A DNA stretch of 32,000 bases from Patescibacteria group bacterium (GTDB taxonomy: Bacteria > Patescibacteriota > Patescibacteriia > 2-01-FULL-39-33): contig JBAZRV010000002.1 of assembly GCA_041662745.1 (NCBI GenBank), positions 30,001 through 62,000 of the forward strand, given 5' to 3'. Position numbers and translations under genes: made by a program. Under the pieces are notes generated by a model. The model saw only the letters and a list, made by a program, of their open reading frames with translations. It did not search any database and was not told the DNA's origin. Below are positions 25,943 to 32,000 of this stretch, one piece after another (position 1 is the stretch's first letter; every line of letters starts with the position of its first letter).

Positions 25943-27397
25943 ATGGAACGAACGTTAGTAGCGGAGGTGGCAAAAAAAGCCGGGCAAGAAGTATTGATCA
26001 AGGGTTGGGTGCATACGCGCCGCGATCATGGAAAATTAGTGTTTATTGACGTGCGCGATCGCAGCGGTTTGTTGCAGGTTGTTTTTATTCCGTCCAATAA
26101 AGAGGCGCATGAGTTGGCGCAGAAGTTGCGCAGCGAATACGTCGTGGCCGTTACCGGCCAAATCAACGAACGGCCGGCCAATATGGTCAATGACAAGTTG
26201 CCGACCGGCGGCGTAGAAATGCTGGCGACCGGTTTGGAGATCATTAATGAAGCCAAAACTCCGCCGTTTGAAATTGATCAGGATACGATTGAAGTCAACG
26301 AAGAATTGCGCCTTAAGTACCGCTATCTGGATTTGCGCTCCTTGCGTATGGCCAATAATCTGGCGATGCGTTCCAAGGCCAATAAGTTTTTTCGCGATTA
26401 TCTGGAACAGCAAGGATTTTTGGAGATTGAGACTCCGATTTTAACCAAGGGCACGCCAGAAGGCGCCCGTGAATTTTTGGTGCCGTCGCGCCAGTGGCCG
26501 GGCAAGTTTTATGTCTTGCCGCAATCGCCCCAGCAGTTCAAGCAATTATTAATGGTGGCCGGCGCAGAAAAATATTTTCAGATCGCCAGATGCTTCCGCG
26601 ATGAAGACACTCGCGGCGACCGCCAAGCCGAATTCACGCAACTGGATATTGAAATGAGTTTTATTGAGCAGGAAGATATTTTCAATTTGATTGAGCCGAT
26701 GATGATTGAATTGGTGGAAAAATTATATCCTAACAAAAAAATCCTAGCCAAGCCGTTTCCGCGCTTGACTTATGCCGAGTGCCTGGAAAAATACGGCACG
26801 GACAAGCCCGACTTGCGTCCCGACAAAAATGACCCCGATCTTCTGGCGTTCATGTGGCTGATTGATCCGCCCATGTTTAAACACAGCGAAACAGAAAACA
26901 AGTTAGTCGCTTCTCATCATCCGTTTACCATGCCGAATCGCGAAGATATGGAGAAGTATCCCGATGAGCCCAAGAAGTGGCGCGCCTACGGCTATGATTT
27001 GGTATTGAATGGTTTTGAAGTCGCCGGCGGTTCCATCAGGATCCATTTGCGCGATGTCCAACAAAAAGTTTTTGAGCTTTTGGGCGTGGGAGAAAATGAA
27101 ATCAAAACCCGTTTCGGCCATATACTGGAAGCTTTTGAATTCGGCGCCCCGCCTCATGGCGGCATCGCTCCGGGCGTGGATCGTTTGTTAGCTATTTTGC
27201 ATAACGAACCCAATATCCGCGAAGTGATTGTTTTCCCCAAGACCGGCGACAGCCGGGATTTGATGATGGATGCGCCTAATTACACCAGCCTGAAGGCCTT
27301 GCGCGAGGCCAATATCCGCATTGCCGACAGCGTGGAAGCGCGCGCCGAAAAAGACGGCGTCAACCTTTACGGCGAACAGACGCAGACCGCGGATTAA
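25943..27397 (+). CDS. aspS: Aspartate--tRNA ligase, bacterial-type core without GAD insertion domain
   Basis: GWVHTRRDHGKLVFIDVRDRSGLLQVVF, KYRYLDLR, GAREFLVPSR, FYVLPQSPQQFKQLLM, CFRDEDTRGDRQAEFTQLDIE, GIAPGVDRLLA; 484 aa. Confidence 0.93.
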   Translation: MERTLVAEVAKKAGQEVLIKGWVHTRRDHGKLVFIDVRDRSGLLQVVFIPSNKEAHELAQKLRSEYVVAVTGQINERPANMVNDKLPTGGVEMLATGLEIINEAKTPPFEIDQDTIEVNEELRLKYRYLDLRSLRMANNLAMRSKANKFFRDYLEQQGFLEIETPILTKGTPEGAREFLVPSRQWPGKFYVLPQSPQQFKQLLMVAGAEKYFQIARCFRDEDTRGDRQAEFTQLDIEMSFIEQEDIFNLIEPMMIELVEKLYPNKKILAKPFPRLTYAECLEKYGTDKPDLRPDKNDPDLLAFMWLIDPPMFKHSETENKLVASHHPFTMPNREDMEKYPDEPKKWRAYGYDLVLNGFEVAGGSIRIHLRDVQQKVFELLGVGENEIKTRFGHILEAFEFGAPPHGGIAPGVDRLLAILHNEPNIREVIVFPKTGDSRDLMMDAPNYTSLKALREANIRIADSVEARAEKDGVNLYGEQTQTAD

Positions 27398-27409
27398 TTT
27401 TTTATTATT

Positions 27410-27445
27410 GCTACGTAACAAGTTACATAGCAAGCTACGTAGCAA
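27410..27445. repeat. 12-nt tandem repeat, 3 imperfect copies
   Basis: GCTACGTAACAA / GTTACATAGCAA / GCTACGTAGCAA. Confidence 0.9.
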
Positions 27446-27460
27446 AGTTTAATTGATTTT

Positions 27461-28288
27461 ATGAAAAAGCTCGCCCTATTATTTTTTGTTCTCTTGGTTG
27501 TTGTTTTATCCGGCTGCACTTTGCCCGGCCAAAAACCGGCGCCAACGGCTTGCACGTTGGAGGCCAAGATTTGTCCGGACGGCTCATCAGTCGGCCGCAC
27601 CGGCCCAAATTGTGAGTTTGCGCAATGCCCCGTTTCTGATGCCGGCAACGTCGGCTTGGCCAACCCCGCCTCGGTCAATTGCCGGGAAAAAGGCGGCAGT
27701 TTGGAAATTATTACTGACTTGGAGGGTAATCAATCCGGCTTATGCAAATTTCCTGATAATACTCAATGCGAGGAATGGGCGTTTTTTCGAGGTGAATGCC
27801 GTCCTGGGTTGATAACCTCGTCTTCTACGACGACAATAACTACTCTAACCGATTGGTCGGTCTACCAAAGCCAAGAATACGGTTTGGAATTTCAATACCC
27901 CAAGGATTGGCCTAAACCGCAAGTTTCTGCCGGCGTCTATACTGGCGGTTATCCGCAGGTAAGATCGAATTGGCGGATAAATGTTGGACCGGTTTCTAAG
28001 GGTGCTTGCGAAGGTGAAGATTGTTATGGTCTTTATCTTGATAAATTTCCCCTGCAGAATTACGCGGAAACATTAAAAGCGTTAAAAAATGATGGATCGA
28101 TTAACGGAATAACCGAAGAAGTGATTAATGGCAATAATGTCATATTTTTTACTGAAGCGGGGATGAAAGATTATGCCTCAGCTTTGATTTTTGGTTCTGC
28201 TATGATGATAAAATTGCAAGACAGCGGATTTTCTTCGTCAGCCAGCAATTTTAGGCAGGTTATTTCTACCGTTAAGTTCATAAAATAG
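27461..28288 (+). CDS. DUF333-like lipoprotein
   Basis: Lipobox VVLSGC; NPASVNCREKGGSLEIITDLEGNQSGLCKFPDNTQCEEWAFFRGEC is the DUF333 signature pattern. Confidence 0.85.
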   Translation: MKKLALLFFVLLVVVLSGCTLPGQKPAPTACTLEAKICPDGSSVGRTGPNCEFAQCPVSDAGNVGLANPASVNCREKGGSLEIITDLEGNQSGLCKFPDNTQCEEWAFFRGECRPGLITSSSTTTITTLTDWSVYQSQEYGLEFQYPKDWPKPQVSAGVYTGGYPQVRSNWRINVGPVSKGACEGEDCYGLYLDKFPLQNYAETLKALKNDGSINGITEEVINGNNVIFFTEAGMKDYASALIFGSAMMIKLQDSGFSSSASNFRQVISTVKFIK

Positions 28289-28315
28289 TTTAGTAATTTG
28301 AAGGTGACAAATATT

Positions 28316-28987
28316 ATGAAAAATTTGACTCTGGAGGAAGTCAAGGCTAATCCTTATGTCGATGACTTTATCCGCCAAACGGAAAAATACCTGATCGCTT
28401 TGGGCTATACCGATCACGGCTATCGTCATGTTAATATCGTTTCAGAGCGATGCCGCGGTTTGGCCAAGCAATTGGGGCTGGCCAAGAAAGATCAGGAACT
28501 GGCCGCCATCGCCGGCTATTGCCATGATATGGGCAACTATCTGGGCCGTACCCAGCACCATTATTGGGCGGCCATGCTGTTCTCGCAGATTTTCATCCCT
28601 CAAGGCATAAATCCGGATGACATCGCCCGCATCACCCAAGCCATTGTCAGCCATGATAAGGACGAATTGAAGATAGTTGATAAGATTTCGGCGATTCTGG
28701 TTTTGGCCGATAAATCCGATGTGCACCGCAGCCGCGTTATCAGCCGAGAAGTTCAGGCGCGGGGAGAAGATATCCACGATCGGGTCAATTACGCCGCGAC
28801 CGGCAACAGCCTGAAGGTCAATCGTCTGCTCAAACAGATCATTCTCAAGATCCAGATTGACACGCAGGAAGCCAAACCCATGGATTACTTTGAGATTTTT
28901 TCCGAACGCATGAGTTTCTGCCGGCTGGCCGCGGAATTTTTGGGTTATAAGTTCGTCCTGATTATCAATAATTTTAAATTATCTTAA
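28316..28987 (+). CDS. HD-domain putative phosphohydrolase
   Basis: HGYRHVNIV...IAGYCHDMGNYLG...HHYWAAMLFSQ...IVSHDKDE...LADKSD; ATG at 28316 with SD GAAGGTGA preferred over listed TTG at 28298. Confidence 0.85.
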   Translation: MKNLTLEEVKANPYVDDFIRQTEKYLIALGYTDHGYRHVNIVSERCRGLAKQLGLAKKDQELAAIAGYCHDMGNYLGRTQHHYWAAMLFSQIFIPQGINPDDIARITQAIVSHDKDELKIVDKISAILVLADKSDVHRSRVISREVQARGEDIHDRVNYAATGNSLKVNRLLKQIILKIQIDTQEAKPMDYFEIFSERMSFCRLAAEFLGYKFVLIINNFKLS

Positions 28988-29002
28988 TTTAACTTTAACC
29001 AT

Positions 29003-29953
29003 ATGCCAAATGACAACAGCCCGTATCGGGGCAAAGGCGCTTTGGACGCTTTTCTCAATCTGTTATCCTTCATCTCTTTAGGTTGGATGTCCTGGGCGAT
29101 TGGCGGCATCGCTTTCCAGTTGATCAACAAGTATCTGGCCGAAAGCCTGAAACTTCAGATGTATTATCCGACGATGTATTCGCAGGAAGTGGTTAAATAC
29201 GCCATTGCTTCCTTGATCATCGTGGTGCCGGTGTATTTTTTGGCCGTCAATCTGTTGCATCGCAATTACAAGAAGAACACGCTGAATCATAACAGCGGCA
29301 TTTATCGCTGGCTGACTTATCTGATGCTTTTAGTGTCGGCCTTAACGATTATCGGCGCCCTCGTCCGCTTGATTTTCATTTTCTTAAACGGCGAACAGAC
29401 TTGGCGCATCGCCTTGAAGATTTTGACCGTTGTCGCGATCGCCGCCGGAATATTTAGTTATTATTTTTATGATTTGCGCCGCAAGGTCTACCAGAAATAC
29501 AGCACGACTTCTTTGGCTTTTGCCGTTGTCTTGGCGATTATAGTTTTGGTTGAATTGGTCGCCGGCTTAATGATCATAGATTCGCCGGCCGTTACCAGGA
29601 ACAAGCAATTGGACAGCCAGCTGGTTAATGATCTGACGCAAATCAACTATATGTTGGAGCTGGATTATCAGCAGGATGGCGTCCTACCGGTTGATTTGAG
29701 CGCCGCCAAATACAAGAATGTCATTGAGGCGGTAAAAAGCGATAAAATAGAATATAGCCGAAAAACGGCGAATGAATTTGAATTTTGCGCGGCGTTTCTG
29801 ACTGATGCGACTATGGATAATTCGCAGGGCTGGCAAGGCGATAACTGGTATTACCATGGCGCCGGCCGGCAATGCTTCACCAAGAAGGTTGTTTTACCCA
29901 AAGCCGACATGTCGCCGGAAGCGATCAAGGGCGAGACGCCGGTGGCGAGATAA
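29003..29953 (+). CDS. DUF5671-like multi-pass membrane protein
   Basis: FLNLLSFISLGWMSWAIGGIAFQLINKYL N-terminal pattern and multiple TM segments. Confidence 0.75.
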   Translation: MPNDNSPYRGKGALDAFLNLLSFISLGWMSWAIGGIAFQLINKYLAESLKLQMYYPTMYSQEVVKYAIASLIIVVPVYFLAVNLLHRNYKKNTLNHNSGIYRWLTYLMLLVSALTIIGALVRLIFIFLNGEQTWRIALKILTVVAIAAGIFSYYFYDLRRKVYQKYSTTSLAFAVVLAIIVLVELVAGLMIIDSPAVTRNKQLDSQLVNDLTQINYMLELDYQQDGVLPVDLSAAKYKNVIEAVKSDKIEYSRKTANEFEFCAAFLTDATMDNSQGWQGDNWYYHGAGRQCFTKKVVLPKADMSPEAIKGETPVAR

Positions 29954-30017
29954 TATCCTTGATTATTAATCAGCGGTTTAATTAATTTATTTTAAATCCG
30001 TAATAGCAATTAAATTT

Positions 30018-30713
30018 ATGCCAATCCCAGCCAAGGTCAAGAAATATCTTGACACTAAGGGCATTGATTATGAAGAGCTGGCCCACAAGACCGTCTTTAC
30101 CGCTTACGATGCGGCGCAGACATTGAAAAAACAGCTCAAAGAAATCGCCAAGACGATTTTGATTGAAGCGGACAAAACCCATGTGTTGGTGGTTTTGCCG
30201 GCCGACAAAAAAATCGATATGGCCAAGCTTAAAAAGGTCTTGGGCGCCAAAAGCGTCCGCATTCCCGATGAAAAGGTGATGATTAAAGTATTAAAAATCA
30301 AGCCGGGGACTTTGTCGTCTTTCGGCCGTTTACATGACATGGAAGTGGTGGTGGACAAAGCCATGATCGGCGTGAAAAAGGCCGTAGTGTCTACCGGCAG
30401 TTTTACCGACAGCGTCCTGATGAAAGTCAAGGATTTCGTGCAGAGCGAGGAAGCGCGTTTGGTTGACATCGCCATGAAGGGCGGTTACAAAGTTCCCAAG
30501 GCGACAAAGAAAAAGATGATTAAGGTAAAAAAGCAGGTTCAGGCCAGGAAAGGCAAAAAGACCAAGATTAAAGTTCCTAAAACGCTGAAGAAGCTGGTTA
30601 AGCCGGCCAAGAAAGCCCTGAAGGCGGCAATCAAACGGCCGATTAAAAAGTCAACCGGAAAATCCGTCAGTAAGAAAACAACCGTCAGTAAGAAAATAAG
30701 TAAGAGGAGATAG
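30018..30713 (+). CDS. YbaK/aminoacyl-tRNA deacylase-domain protein with long Lys-rich C-terminal tail
   Basis: KTVFTAYDAA...EIAKTILIEADKTHVLVVLPADKKIDMAKLKKVLGAKSVRI...LSSFG matches YbaK/ProX-type fold pattern; last ~75 residues highly basic. Confidence 0.85.
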   Translation: MPIPAKVKKYLDTKGIDYEELAHKTVFTAYDAAQTLKKQLKEIAKTILIEADKTHVLVVLPADKKIDMAKLKKVLGAKSVRIPDEKVMIKVLKIKPGTLSSFGRLHDMEVVVDKAMIGVKKAVVSTGSFTDSVLMKVKDFVQSEEARLVDIAMKGGYKVPKATKKKMIKVKKQVQARKGKKTKIKVPKTLKKLVKPAKKALKAAIKRPIKKSTGKSVSKKTTVSKKISKRR

Positions 30714-30747
30714 AAAAATAAAAAGAGAGCAGCCGATGCGGTTGCTC
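30714..30747 (-). terminator. Probable rho-independent terminator of 30779-31354
   Basis: GAGCAGCC - GATGC - GGTTGCTC (8 bp, one GU); minus strand followed by TTTTTATTTTTC. Confidence 0.65.
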
Positions 30748-30778
30748 CCAAGAGAAGGTTCGGAAGAAATTCAAGGGG

Positions 30779-31354
30779 TTATTTTAGCAGTATTTTAGGG
30801 GATTCCACCATGTCCTGCTCATCAATAATCCGCACGCCGCATTCTTCAAAACTCGGCCGGAAACGATCCAACGACCTGGCCAGCGGAAGCCACTCTGCGG
30901 TGCCGGACGATGTGATAAGGGCGATCGGCGGAATTTTGATTGCAGTTAGTTCGCACAGGGTAATAATATCAAAAGCCACGCAGGCGCCGGTGAGAATTCC
31001 ATTTTGGGAAAGCGGGCGATGAAATGGATCGTGTTCCATGGCGATAATGAACAAGCGTTCAAATTGCTTCCGTTGAATGCCGGATAGCAATTCCTCCGGA
31101 TCGTCCAGACTGATCCCGGACATGCTGAAAACCATTTTTTCGTTGGCGCGATGAAGCGCGCATACCAGATCTTTGATCATCAGGGAATCCGGCGACATGG
31201 CGGCGTAGGGATCGCTGCAGGTTAAACAATTTTCCAAATTGATTTTTGCTTGTTCCGGAGTTTTTCCCTGGTAAATCAGGGCAAAAGACCTTGCTTTTTC
31301 CCCGGAGGCGCTTGGGCAAAGCCCTGGGTGAAAAGGTGAGAGCTCAATCATCAT
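30779..31354 (-). CDS. Hypothetical protein (about 191 aa)
   Basis: ORF with SD AAAGGGA 9 nt before ATG at 31354 (listed start 31363 is a TTG too close to the SD), own promoter and terminator. Confidence 0.7.
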   Translation of the reverse strand: MMIELSPFHPGLCPSASGEKARSFALIYQGKTPEQAKINLENCLTCSDPYAAMSPDSLMIKDLVCALHRANEKMVFSMSGISLDDPEELLSGIQRKQFERLFIIAMEHDPFHRPLSQNGILTGACVAFDIITLCELTAIKIPPIALITSSGTAEWLPLARSLDRFRPSFEECGVRIIDEQDMVESPKILLK

Positions 31355-31422
31355 GATAATCAATCCCTTTCTGCGTTGTTAACGTCCTTGGTTGATGTTT
31401 CTGCCACAAAAATTCTAGTTAG

Positions 31423-31450
31423 ATCATACCATAAACAAAGAAAAAGTCAA
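31423..31450 (-). promoter_or_regulatory. Sigma70-type promoter for 30779-31354
   Basis: Minus strand TTGACT - 16 nt - TATGAT. Confidence 0.6.
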
Positions 31451-31461
31451 GCATTAGTTGA

Positions 31462-31489
31462 TTGAATTTATTGAAGAATATTTTATAAT
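31462..31489 (+). promoter_or_regulatory. Possible promoter for scpA
   Basis: TTGAAT - 16 nt - TATAAT. Confidence 0.5.
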
Positions 31490-31524
31490 TTGTTTAAATT
31501 TAGATAAAAAATTATTGACCAATC

Positions 31525-32000
31525 GTGGATTATCAAATAGTTTTAGATAAATTTTCCGGTCCCTTGGATCTTTTGCTGCAATTGATTGAGCAAGAGGAAC
31601 TTGATATTTCTCAGGTTTCCCTGGCCAAGGTTACCGATCAATATTTGGCTTATTTGGACGCCAATAAGGGTCTGCCGGCCGGGGAGTTGGCTGATTTTTT
31701 GACGGTGGCGACGAAGTTATTGGTTATTAAGTCAAAATTATTGTTACCGCAGTTGGCGGATGAGGAAGAAGACAGCGCGGAACAATTGGAAGCCCAGCTC
31801 AAGATGTATAAGGAATATTTGGAAGCGAGCAAGAAGCTTGAAGTATTGTTAATGGAAAATAATTATTCTTTCACGCGCGAGCGTTTGCCGATTGATTTTC
31901 GGCCGGCCTTTTCTCCGCCACCCTCGCTTTCGGCCGGCGATCTGACCGCTATTTTTGAGGAGATTTTAAAGCGCGTTGAATATGTTACCGGGTTGCCGAA
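31525..32000 (+). CDS. scpA: Segregation and condensation protein A, 3' truncated by window end
   Basis: Not in the ORF track. GTG start then VDYQIVLDKFSGPLDLLLQLIEQEELDISQVSLAKVTDQYLAYL...ADFLTVATKLLVIKSKLLLP, open to base 32000. Confidence 0.92.
   Translation, partial: MDYQIVLDKFSGPLDLLLQLIEQEELDISQVSLAKVTDQYLAYLDANKGLPAGELADFLTVATKLLVIKSKLLLPQLADEEEDSAEQLEAQLKMYKEYLEASKKLEVLLMENNYSFTRERLPIDFRPAFSPPPSLSAGDLTAIFEEILKRVEYVTGLP

Noticed and set aside
27394-27678. Minus-strand ORF with CYVACYVTCYVA repeat
   Set aside because: The periodic peptide is just the 12-nt repeat read antisense, and it overlaps the DUF333 lipoprotein gene; no SD or promoter.

Overview
This 32 kb window looks like a slice of a reduced, probably CPR/Patescibacteria-type bacterial chromosome. 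That lineage call is inference from the gene set and protein style. It is mostly ordinary housekeeping and cell-envelope genes: three GT2 glycosyltransferases, a DUF4012 protein, mreB, a GT4 glycosyltransferase, trpS, holB, a BNR-type lipoprotein, frr, rseP, proS, a second mreB-like gene followed by mreC, mreD and a PBP2 gene, greA, gyrB, aspS, a DUF333 lipoprotein, an HD-domain protein, a DUF5671-like protein, a YbaK-domain protein and the start of scpA. Between the core blocks sit five small units of hypothetical genes, most with their own near-consensus sigma70 promoter (TTGACA-N17-TAxxAT type) and hairpin terminator. I found no transposase, CRISPR array, rRNA, confident tRNA or recognisable defence operon. 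The most interesting observations are: (1) two MreB paralogs, of which the one in the mreBCD-PBP2 operon has degraded ATPase motifs but keeps a basic/hydrophobic N-terminus, while the solitary one has intact motifs and lacks that N-terminus; (2) a ProRS without its INS editing domain together with a separate YbaK-like protein carrying a long Lys-rich tail; (3) an AspRS of bacterial type without the GAD insertion; (4) three tandem, apparently paralogous small ORFans, one with a 24-nt terminal duplication whose only mismatch creates the stop codon; (5) the self-contained hypothetical cassettes; (6) palindromic or repeated AT-rich motifs in start-codon-proximal positions, including gyrB.
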